Below, piece by piece: positions 1-7,462 of a DNA stretch of 64,000 nucleotides. The stretch comes from Actinomycetes bacterium. GTDB taxonomy: Bacteria > Actinomycetota > Acidimicrobiia > Acidimicrobiales > Palsa-688. The translations under genes were made by a program, and so were the position numbers. The stretch spans positions 6,191 to 70,190 of the forward strand of contig JAJZDJ010000001.1 in assembly GCA_021828685.1 (NCBI GenBank), in the 5' to 3' direction. Every line of letters starts with the position of its first letter. Within the stretch, counting starts at the first letter, position 1. The notes under the pieces were generated by a model, which made no database searches, was not told the origin of the DNA, and saw only the letters and a list, made by a program, of their open reading frames with translations.

Positions 1-426
1 GGTCCCGAGGCGGCTCAGACAGGTGACCTACTTGGCACCGGAACCGTGGTGCTCTTTGGCGTTCCCGGTGCCTTCACGCCGACCTGCAGCGACCACCACC
101 TGCCAGGGTTCGTGATCAGGTCCGATGACCTGCGCTCCAAGGGCGTGGACAAGGTCTTCTGTGTCTCGGTCAACGACGCGTTCGTCATGGGGGCTTGGGC
201 GCGGGCCAACGAGATCTCAGACGAGGTCGGCATGATCGCAGACGGCTCCGCGGTCTTTACGAAGGAGCTGGGTTTGGACGTCGACCTGACCGGAGGAGGC
301 CTCGGGGTCCGCTCGAAGCGTTACGCTGCGATCATCAAGGACGGAGTTGTCTCCCACCTCGCAGTCGAGGAGACCCTCGGTCTTGACGTGAGCAGCGCCG
401 ACGCCGTCCTCGCTGCCCTCGACTGA
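1..426 (+). CDS. Peroxiredoxin (Prx5 / AhpC-TSA type), 5' end cut by the window edge
   Basis: The frame is open from base 1. The translation has the GVPGAFTPTCS peroxidatic-Cys motif and VNDAFVMGAW, both typical of Prx5-like peroxiredoxins. Stop TGA at 424-426. Confidence 0.85.
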   Translation, partial: GPEAAQTGDLLGTGTVVLFGVPGAFTPTCSDHHLPGFVIRSDDLRSKGVDKVFCVSVNDAFVMGAWARANEISDEVGMIADGSAVFTKELGLDVDLTGGGLGVRSKRYAAIIKDGVVSHLAVEETLGLDVSSADAVLAALD

Positions 427-722
427 CTCCCACTCGATCCTCGCTGCGCTCGGCTGATTCCGATACCCGGCGGGACCTCACCCCAACGTGACGGACCGGC
501 GTCCTACGTCTAGTAGGCACGTTCATGTCCGATCAAGAAGGCCGTAAACCCGCGCCGATCCCATTGGCTCAACGATCGATGTGATTGGTTCGACCGGATA
601 GTCACTTCTGGAATAAACGGGAATAAACGTGGGTCCCGCTCGGGTCCACGCAGTCGATTGGATTTGTCAGCTGTGTAGGTGTAGCCGAGGTTCACACCTT
701 GACGGCCGCTCCAGACGCAAGA

Positions 723-765
723 CTGTGACCGTAATTGCACATTTTCTGTGCAATTACGGTCACAG
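723..765. repeat. Perfect 19-bp inverted repeat (CTGTGACCGTAATTGCACA / TGTGCAATTACGGTCACAG) with a 5-nt TTTTC spacer
   Basis: Read directly: arms at 723-741 and 747-765 are exact reverse complements. It lies in a low-GC 600-bp spacer between convergent genes. No T-tract follows on either strand. Confidence 0.9.
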
Positions 766-1026
766 AAGATCACGGATCTTGGAATATCATTTCTAGGACG
801 ACGACAGGCCGCTCTTAACAGGCCAGCACCACATTCATGCCGGGAGGCCCAGAAAACGTAAACCACGCATCCAAAGCGGACCATCCTCCCGTCGACCCAG
901 AGCATCGTCGTGCTGTCAGAGAGTCGGGAAGCGAGCCCCCACTCGCCGCTTGCGCGACGACAAAAGAGCGTGCGAAGCGGTGTCATTGCGAGGTCCGGTC
1001 CCGCTGACATGCGTCGACCCCCGAGA

Positions 1027-1446
1027 TCAGTCCCGGGGTGTGAGGAGGTAGGTAGAAGACGCCTTCGCGATCAGCGTGCCGGCCTCATCGGTCACTTCGG
1101 CCTCGACGAAGGTGATACGCGAGCCACCTCCGATCACCCTCGCCGTGCAAGTCAACGCATGCCCGATTCGAGCACCTTTCAAGAAGCTGATCTTCATCTC
1201 CGTATTCGCGGTGTAGGCCTTCCGGCCGGCAAGGTTCGTGATTGTTGACGAAGCCATCGCAGTGTCTGCAAAGGCAGCTATGAAACCTCCCTGGACCACC
1301 CCGATTGGGTTCGCGAGGTGCTCGCCTGGGGTCATGGTCCAGATGGTTACGCCGGGCTCGGGCTTGTCGACGCAGGCTAGGCCGAGTGTCAGGTCACAGT
1401 TTGGTGGAATCCGAAGTCCGGGCTTTCGTGCCGGCGTGTCGGTCAT
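1027..1446 (-). CDS. PaaI-family hotdog-fold thioesterase
   Basis: 139 aa with NPIGVVQGGFIAAFADTA and a C-terminal GxxxxFVEAEVTDEAG pattern typical of PaaI/4HBT thioesterases. Its start overlaps the stop of the upstream TetR gene by 4 nt. Confidence 0.8.
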   Translation of the reverse strand: MTDTPARKPGLRIPPNCDLTLGLACVDKPEPGVTIWTMTPGEHLANPIGVVQGGFIAAFADTAMASSTITNLAGRKAYTANTEMKISFLKGARIGHALTCTARVIGGGSRITFVEAEVTDEAGTLIAKASSTYLLTPRD

Positions 1447-2150
1447 AATCGAACCTGAGAAGGTGACGCCACGGCCAGTTCCTCTCCGCTTTCGGAGGCC
1501 GGCTCCGGCCTAGCCTGGGCGGGCAAAGCGCGCAGCCCAGCCCAGACCAGATCCGCTAGGTGGCGCGCCATGAGTTCACCCACGGTGGGGTCGAGGAAGC
1601 TGGCGGGTTGCGCCCGCCCGCCCGCAGGCCCGTCCGAGCTTCCGTCCGAGGTCGGGTTTTGCTCGGCCACCCACCGGCGCGCTGCGACCTCGCCGAGACC
1701 GACAATCGCGTAGCCGAGGAGCTCCCGGTGGGCCTCGTCGACGTCCGCGTCGATGAGGCGACCAACGATTTTTGCGACCGACTCTTCCAGTCTTTGGACC
1801 GGCTCTGAGAACTCTTCGCTGATCCTCGCTCCGCTCGTGAACAACAGCTGGTAGGCGCTGGTCGAGGTGCATACGAAGTGGAAGTAGGACCTGAATCCGG
1901 CCAAAACCTTGCAGTAGGGGCTCGACTCAGCCTCGATCATCGCTGACATGTCCTGGACAAGTCTCTCCCCGACAGTGTCAAGGAGCTCGACGAACAGTTC
2001 CGTCTTGGACGCAAAGTGATGGTAGAGGACAGGTTTCGTTACGCCAGCAGCCTCTGCGATCTCCTCCATCGAGGTCTCGTGGTAGCCACGGCGGGCGAAG
2101 CGTTCGAGAGCGATTTCCAACAGCTGAATTCTGCGTTGCGGAGCCGGCAT
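1443..2150 (-). CDS. TetR/AcrR family transcriptional regulator
   Basis: N-terminal HTH RRIQLLEIALERFARRGYHETSMEEIAEAAGVTKPVLYHHFASK. I chose the ATG at 2150 (MPAPQRR), because the longer ORF to 2285 adds a non-TetR-like leader. Confidence 0.85.
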   Translation of the reverse strand: MPAPQRRIQLLEIALERFARRGYHETSMEEIAEAAGVTKPVLYHHFASKTELFVELLDTVGERLVQDMSAMIEAESSPYCKVLAGFRSYFHFVCTSTSAYQLLFTSGARISEEFSEPVQRLEESVAKIVGRLIDADVDEAHRELLGYAIVGLGEVAARRWVAEQNPTSDGSSDGPAGGRAQPASFLDPTVGELMARHLADLVWAGLRALPAQARPEPASESGEELAVASPSQVRL

Positions 2151-2486
2151 TCGCCGCCGTAGTAGCACGCTGGTCGAGGTGTTCAAGCCTGATTCGTCTC
2201 CTTCATCCAACGATCCTCGCAGACCAGGCCGTATCTTCGCACAAGGGGTGATGGCCGGCCGGCAGGTCGATGTGGACTTCGCCAAATGCGTGCAAACGCG
2301 CTTTAGGGTGAACCATGTGGCCTTTTGCCATGGTTAGGCTGCCATGGATTCGAAAGGTCGGCCGACTGGAGCCGACAACATCGGGCGTGAGGCCACCCGA
2401 TCCAGCGCCAGCGAAGGTGACTAGCAGGCCACCTGAGCCGTTACGGCCCATGCCGGCCCGCCGGGCCGGTACCAGTCTCCTGGCGG

Positions 2487-3671
2487 TCAAGGCGCGCCGG
2501 AGGCGCTTCCGGCTTGTTCCCCCCGCCAGCCACTGAGTCCTAGCTCGCCGCCGAAGCGGACGCACCGAATGGGAGGAATGTTCCATCCGGCGGCGATCAT
2601 CAGCTTCTCCAGGTGACCTGGAAGATCAGCTAGATCAAAGTGTTGTTTGACGAGCTGATGGTTGTGCGCGAGGACCGTATCATCGGGCTCGCGCAGCCAT
2701 CGGGACAAGTCTCTCGGGTCCCGGGTACCGAACCACCGGAACCCGAGCCGTCGCAGCTCGTGGCCGACCGGGTAGTCGCCTACCGCGGCGGGTCGACGGA
2801 AGATGGCTGCCTCGAGGGGTGGATTACCGAAACCCTCCCATGTAGAGGGGAATGCGACGACGTCACAGGCGGCGTACGCGTGATGGACCCCGCTCGACGG
2901 CCCGATCGGTGCCACAGGCCCGCGCCTGACGGGGACGCGCGCTGCAGCGAGAATGGAGTCGAGCTGTCCCTGATACCCCTCCTCCGCCGGTCCGAGAACC
3001 CAATAGACGGCGCCGAGATACTCGGCTAATGCGACGCCGGCTGGTATGTCCTTGCGGGGGATTGCTCGGGTCGGCTGCAGCACCACCAGATCGCCAGGAC
3101 GCGCTCCGAGGGCCTCTCTTGTGGCGTCCCTGTCGCCGTGCGGGGGATCCGTGTCGAAGCAGTTTCGGATCACGGTAGCCGCGATTCCGCGCTGGGCGAG
3201 TTGATGCGCCGAAAGCTCGCTAATCGTCACGTGGATCCATGCCGGATCGTCGGGCGGGGGAGGTTCGCCTGCGAAACGCTCTCGCTGCCACGGAAGGTCG
3301 TGGTGGCGCATGACGGCCTGTCGTCCGCGCAGTAACTCCGCGACGGCGTCTCTAGCGGTCGGGTTGAGTGGCAGGGAGCACAGATTCTCCACGACCACGA
3401 CATCTGCGTCGTCGAGGGCTTCCGCGAGCAGAGTGCGGTCGAGGGCTTCGTCACGCTCGCCCGTCAGCCACGCCCCGGCGCTGAGGCCCGGGACCTCTAC
3501 GTCGACGGGTCCAGAGCCTGCGACGGTTCGCACGTCGAAGCCGAGCTGTCGTAGCGCCCAACCCCATTTAGCGGCTTCCACCGACACTCCGTCGGTGCCC
3601 CCGAGACGAAACGACAGCGAAACAGCCAACGGCCGCTGCTCACGGGGCCGTTCGCTTTGTGGAGCTTCCAC
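2487..3671 (-). CDS. GT-B glycosyltransferase (family 1/4-like)
   Basis: The N-terminus GGTDGVSVEAAKW and the C-terminal VVAFPSTWEGFGNPPLEAA (E-x7-E-like) are typical of GT4. The GTG start at 3671 is chosen because the ORF-track N-terminal extension to 4115 runs antisense through ccdA and is Arg/His-rich junk. Confidence 0.75.
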   Translation of the reverse strand: MEAPQSERPREQRPLAVSLSFRLGGTDGVSVEAAKWGWALRQLGFDVRTVAGSGPVDVEVPGLSAGAWLTGERDEALDRTLLAEALDDADVVVVENLCSLPLNPTARDAVAELLRGRQAVMRHHDLPWQRERFAGEPPPPDDPAWIHVTISELSAHQLAQRGIAATVIRNCFDTDPPHGDRDATREALGARPGDLVVLQPTRAIPRKDIPAGVALAEYLGAVYWVLGPAEEGYQGQLDSILAAARVPVRRGPVAPIGPSSGVHHAYAACDVVAFPSTWEGFGNPPLEAAIFRRPAAVGDYPVGHELRRLGFRWFGTRDPRDLSRWLREPDDTVLAHNHQLVKQHFDLADLPGHLEKLMIAAGWNIPPIRCVRFGGELGLSGWRGEQAGSASGAP

Positions 3672-3734
3672 CTCGTGACACTGTACCGGCGCTCTGCGCG
3701 TTGGAGGCTGGCGGTGCCATGATGGACGGCGGTC

Positions 3735-4499
3735 ATGGACGCGAATCAGCTGGTTTTGCATTCCCCGGTCGGGTTCGTGATCGCTTTCGGGGCCGGCGTG
3801 ATCTCCTTCCTGTCGCCGTGCGTGCTCCCGTTGGTTCCCTCCTATCTCTCGATGATGTCTGGCGTCGGCGTGACCGAGCTGCAGTCGGCGAACCGCCAGA
3901 GCCGGGGCCGTCTGCTTCGAGCCACCCTTCTGTTCGTTGCGGGTTTCACGGTGGTCTTCGCTGCCCTTGAAGCGACGGCGAGCGGTCTCGGCCGAGCGCT
4001 TAGCGCGCACCAGGTCGCCCTTGATCGTGTTGCTGGGATCGTGATCATCGCGGCCGGCTTGCTGTTTGCGGGTCTGGTGAGTCCGAAGTGGCTTCTTCGT
4101 GAACGACGTTTTCACGTGTCGCCGGCACGCCTAGGCGACTGGGGGGCGCCGGTCATGGGGATGGCGTTCGCTTTCGGTTGGACGCCCTGCATCGGACCTG
4201 TGCTTGCGGCCGTACTGGCGCTCGCGAGTTCGTCTGAGACCCTGGCCCGAGGCGAGGTGATGCTGGTTGTCTACTCTCTCGGACTCGGCGTCCCTTTCGT
4301 GGTGGCGGGCCTCGCGTTCGGGCGGGTTGCAGGCTTCGTCGCATTCTCCAGGCGTCACTTGCGGGCCATAAACGTGACGTCGGGTTTGGCATTGTCGGGG
4401 TTGGGTGTACTGCTGCTGACTGGGGAACTCCACGTGCTCTCGAGCGCCTTCACTGACGTCCTCGACGCGGTGGGTCTCGGGCGGCTCGCTTCAGTATGA
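3735..4499 (+). CDS. ccdA: Cytochrome c biogenesis thiol-reductant transporter CcdA (DsbD-family membrane protein)
   Basis: Multi-TM protein with FLSPCVLPLVPSYL and GWTPCIGPVL, the two conserved Cys motifs of CcdA. Confidence 0.9.
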   Translation: MDANQLVLHSPVGFVIAFGAGVISFLSPCVLPLVPSYLSMMSGVGVTELQSANRQSRGRLLRATLLFVAGFTVVFAALEATASGLGRALSAHQVALDRVAGIVIIAAGLLFAGLVSPKWLLRERRFHVSPARLGDWGAPVMGMAFAFGWTPCIGPVLAAVLALASSSETLARGEVMLVVYSLGLGVPFVVAGLAFGRVAGFVAFSRRHLRAINVTSGLALSGLGVLLLTGELHVLSSAFTDVLDAVGLGRLASV

Positions 4500-4600
4500 G
4501 GATAGTGACCAGATCGGCGGATCAACTGACAGTCGCAAGTCCACCCGAATGCGCCGAATGGCACTAGCGCTCCGGTGGTAAGTAGCCTTGAGGGGGTGCA

Positions 4601-5314
4601 ATGGAACCGGTGATCCGATTCCGCTCGGCGGTAGCCCTCGCAGGCGGCTTTCCCGTCCTTGCCGGCGTCGACCTCGACGTTGCCGGTGGCGACGTCGCCC
4701 TTTTGCGCGGCTCTAACGGGGCAGGCAAGACGAGCATCCTCAGGGCGGCCGCCGGAATCCTTCGCGTCGTGTCCGGTGAAGCTGCCGTGCTTGGTGCTGA
4801 CCTGGTCTGCGACCAAAGGGCCGTCAGGAGGCGCGTGGGGCTGCTCGGCCACTCCAGCGGGCTCTATGACGACCTGAGCGTCACGGACAACGTTCGCTTC
4901 TCCCTGCGGGCCGCGGGCGCACCGGCTGGACGCACTGGTCAAGCCTTGGAGGTTCTCGGCCTGCTCGGTCGCCTTGCGGATGCTCCGGTGCGTTCATTGT
5001 CGGCAGGCCAGAGACGCCGGGTGGCTCTGGCAGCACTTGTCGCCAGAGACCCGGAGGTGTGGTTGCTCGACGAGCCCCACGCCGGCCTCGACGCTGAGTA
5101 CCGCGACGTGCTGGACGGTTTCATAAGGGCGGCGGCGTCGCGGGGGCGGACTGTGCTGGTCGCATCCCACGAAGCGGAGAGAGCGGAGCCGCTTGCCAAT
5201 CGGATCGTGACTGTGGCTGGCGGCGTTGTGGTAGGTGTGGAGCTCGTGGCGGCTCAACAGACGCCCGGTCAGCAGACGGCCGCCTCGTTAGGAGTGGCGA
5301 CCGTTGTGGCGTGA
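4601..5314 (+). CDS. ccmA: Heme exporter ATP-binding protein CcmA
   Basis: Walker A GSNGAGKTS, signature LSAGQRRR and Walker B WLLDEP, located directly upstream of ccmB. Confidence 0.85.
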   Translation: MEPVIRFRSAVALAGGFPVLAGVDLDVAGGDVALLRGSNGAGKTSILRAAAGILRVVSGEAAVLGADLVCDQRAVRRRVGLLGHSSGLYDDLSVTDNVRFSLRAAGAPAGRTGQALEVLGLLGRLADAPVRSLSAGQRRRVALAALVARDPEVWLLDEPHAGLDAEYRDVLDGFIRAAASRGRTVLVASHEAERAEPLANRIVTVAGGVVVGVELVAAQQTPGQQTAASLGVATVVA

Positions 5315-5978
5315 CGCCGCGCTCGTCGGCGCAAAAGACTTGAGAATCGAGTACCGCAGCAGGGTGGCGACGACCCAGGTAGCGCCGTATGCCGTGCTTG
5401 TCCTCGTCCTGTTCGGCTTCGCGTTCGACCAGAACCACACGCTTCTCAGCAAGGTTGCCGCGGGACTCTTCTGGGTCGCGGTCCTGCTCAGCTCACTGCT
5501 TACTGTGCAGCGTAGCTGTGCGATAGAAAGCGCCGACGGTGCGCGGGACGCCCTGCGGCTGTCGGGCCTAGACCCGGCCGGCATCTTTCTCGGTAAGACT
5601 TTGGCCATTATGGCCCAGTTGTTCGTTTTGGAGCTCGTGCTCGGCATCGGTGTGGTGGTCCTCTTCGGCATCGAACTCCGAGATCCGGCCCTCCTATTCT
5701 GTAGCTGTGTCGCCGCGACCGTCGGCCTCGCCGCAGCAGGCACGCTGTACGGCATGATCGCATCGGGGCTCAAGGTGCGAGAGACCCTGCTACCGCTCCT
5801 CGTGCTTCCGGTAGTTGCACCGGTCTTGCTAGGCGCCACCCAGACGTGGATGGCGGCCCTCGGAACGGCTAGCGCAGGAACGGACGGTTGGAAATGGCTT
5901 TCCCTTGTCGGGGGTTTCGCCGTGATCTACGTCGCAGCCGGAACCCTGGCATTCTCGATACTGGTGGAGGAGTCATGA
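5304..5978 (+). CDS. ccmB: Heme exporter membrane protein CcmB
   Basis: 224-aa polytopic membrane protein between ccmA and ccmC. It overlaps the ccmA stop by 11 nt and shares an ATGA overlap with ccmC. Confidence 0.8.
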   Translation: MWRDAALVGAKDLRIEYRSRVATTQVAPYAVLVLVLFGFAFDQNHTLLSKVAAGLFWVAVLLSSLLTVQRSCAIESADGARDALRLSGLDPAGIFLGKTLAIMAQLFVLELVLGIGVVVLFGIELRDPALLFCSCVAATVGLAAAGTLYGMIASGLKVRETLLPLLVLPVVAPVLLGATQTWMAALGTASAGTDGWKWLSLVGGFAVIYVAAGTLAFSILVEES

Positions 5979-6820
5979 ACTCGAACTTTCCCGAAGGCGG
6001 CCTCAAGATAAGGCCTGAGAACCGCGCTGTTGTCGCCAGCTCGAAGTCATGGCGCGGCTCGCCAACCGGCGACAGGGTGACTCTCACGCTCGGCGTGTGC
6101 GCACTCGCTACAGCAGCGTTGACGACGTGGCTCGGGCTGTTCGTAACGCCGCCGGACCAGGTCCAGGGTCAGCTTGTCAGGCTCATATACGTACATCCCG
6201 CTGTTGCCACGATGTGTTACGCCGGATTCGTCCTGTGCGCCCTCGCCAGCCTCGCCTACCTCTGGCCCCGCACGAGGAGCCGGCGCTGGGACCGCCTCGC
6301 CGTAGCCGCGGCCGAGGTTGGCGTTGTCTTCTGCGTGCTCACGCTGGTTACGGGATCCATCTGGGGTCGCCCGACGTGGGGCGTGTGGTGGACTTGGGAC
6401 CCGCGTCTGACTCTTACAGCTTTGCTTTGCGCCGTCTTCATCGGCTACCTCGCGTTGCGTCGCACCGGAGGTGATCCCGACGCTCTTGCGAAGCGGAGCG
6501 CTGTCGTTGCCGTAATCTGCGTGGTGCTGGTACCCATCGACCACGAGGCCACAACTTGGTGGGCGAGCTTGCACCAGACGAGCACCCTGTTTCGTGCCAA
6601 CCCGCTCATACATGGCGAGCAGCTCTACACCATGCTCCTGTCGTTCGTTGCGTTCGGCCTCGGCTTCGCCTGGCTTGTGATGCATCGCTACCGCCTCGAG
6701 GTTCTCGAGGACCGATTCGGGGAGGAGGGCTATGGCCTTGCAATCAAGGAGCGCAGGGCCGAGGGAGGCCGGCGGGTAGGCACCCAGCCCGTTTCGCACC
6801 AAGGCGAGATCGCAACATGA
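5975..6820 (+). CDS. ccmC: Heme exporter / heme-handling protein CcmC
   Basis: Contains the Trp-rich WWD-type motif WGRPTWGVWWTWDPRLT. The ATG at 5975 overlaps the ccmB stop (ATGA). Confidence 0.85.
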   Translation: MNSNFPEGGLKIRPENRAVVASSKSWRGSPTGDRVTLTLGVCALATAALTTWLGLFVTPPDQVQGQLVRLIYVHPAVATMCYAGFVLCALASLAYLWPRTRSRRWDRLAVAAAEVGVVFCVLTLVTGSIWGRPTWGVWWTWDPRLTLTALLCAVFIGYLALRRTGGDPDALAKRSAVVAVICVVLVPIDHEATTWWASLHQTSTLFRANPLIHGEQLYTMLLSFVAFGLGFAWLVMHRYRLEVLEDRFGEEGYGLAIKERRAEGGRRVGTQPVSHQGEIAT

Positions 6821-6966
6821 ACGGCTACGTCGCAGGCGGCTGGGGCGCGACCGCCGGCGTGCTCGCCCTGTACTCGTGGAGGATGCTGCACCGCGGCAGG
6901 CTTCTGGCGAGGAAGCTCGACCGGCGAGTGCTACCAGAAAGGGGAAAAAATGGCGGTGACGGCTGA
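6817..6966 (+). CDS. ccmD: Small membrane protein CcmD (49 aa)
   Basis: The ATG at 6817 overlaps the ccmC stop (ATGA). It has a single TM (YVAGGWGATAGVLALYSW) followed by a basic tail. Position and size match CcmD. It is hidden inside a longer ORF-track entry (6556-6966). Confidence 0.6.
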   Translation: MNGYVAGGWGATAGVLALYSWRMLHRGRLLARKLDRRVLPERGKNGGDG

Positions 6967-7462
6967 CAGTTCTGCGTCCACGGTCAGCGGTCGTGAGGCG
7001 GTCGGTCCAGCCCCCCGAGTTCGAGCCGGGCGTTCGCTGCTCGCGTCGAGGCGTCGCCAGATCATTGCGGGACTGGTGATCGCTCTCGCCATCGGATTCG
7101 TGGTCTTCGAAGGTCTCGGAAACGCGCTCTCCTACTACCAAACGGTGCCCCAGGCTCTAGCGGCGCGACAATCGCTCGGTGTGAAGTCCTTCCGGATCAT
7201 GGGAACTGTCGGACCGTCCGTGAAACAGGTTGACAATCGAACTGTCTTCGACATCTCCTATCAGGGTCAGACCGTGTCGGTCGTCGACAGCGCGGATCCG
7301 CCTCAACTGTTCAAACCTGGCATACCGGTTGTGCTCGAAGGGCATTTCGCGAAAGGCAGCGACGTGTTCGACTCCGATCTGATCATGGTGAAGCACAGCG
7401 CGAACTACGTACCAGCGAAGGGCGAGCCGGCGTCGGTGACGGCCCAGACGGGTGGATCGTGA
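6950..7462 (+). CDS. ccmE: Heme chaperone CcmE
   Basis: N-terminal anchor plus OB-fold, with the C-terminal heme-binding motif VKHSANY (H-x3-Y). A GGGGAA ribosome-binding site precedes the ATG at 6950. Confidence 0.9.
   Translation: MAVTADSSASTVSGREAVGPAPRVRAGRSLLASRRRQIIAGLVIALAIGFVVFEGLGNALSYYQTVPQALAARQSLGVKSFRIMGTVGPSVKQVDNRTVFDISYQGQTVSVVDSADPPQLFKPGIPVVLEGHFAKGSDVFDSDLIMVKHSANYVPAKGEPASVTAQTGGS

Noticed and set aside
525-584. 19-codon ORF (MSDQEGRKPAPIPLAQRSM) inside the 464-644 clamp
   Set aside because: It has no ribosome-binding site, no hydrophobic or toxin-like character, and nothing to distinguish it from chance.
510-1010. 166-aa minus-strand ORF filling the prx/thioesterase spacer
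   Set aside because: Its composition is Arg/Cys/Trp-rich and unlike the window's real proteins. It spans the low-GC region and the perfect palindrome. I found no recognisable motif and no ribosome-binding site. It is treated as non-coding, and the spacer is flagged as a finding instead.
2203-2451. Possible 82-aa minus-strand ORF (MGRNGSGGLLVTFAGAGSGG...HIDLPAGHHPLCEDT) between the TetR and GT4 genes
   Set aside because: Third-position GC is only moderately coding-like, at about 65% by hand count. I recognise no motif, and the start has no clear ribosome-binding site. It cannot be supported without homology or expression data, and it may be a small gene or a gene remnant.
3672-4115. N-terminal 148-aa extension of the glycosyltransferase ORF (ORF track 2487-4115)
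   Set aside because: The extension is antisense to the well-supported ccdA gene. It is a basic, low-complexity sequence (RRRFKGSEDHRETRNEQKGG...). The GT fold starts right after the GTG at 3671.
6047-7141. Long antisense or alternative-frame ORFs: 6047-7141 (-), 7722-8723 (+), 30645-31655 (-), 44052-44816 (-), 57251-58843 (-), 60340-61416 (-), 59477-60367 (-) and many similar
   Set aside because: These are typical shadow ORFs of high-GC DNA. Their products are Arg/Pro/Gly-rich, and they overlap genes with clear family motifs in another frame.
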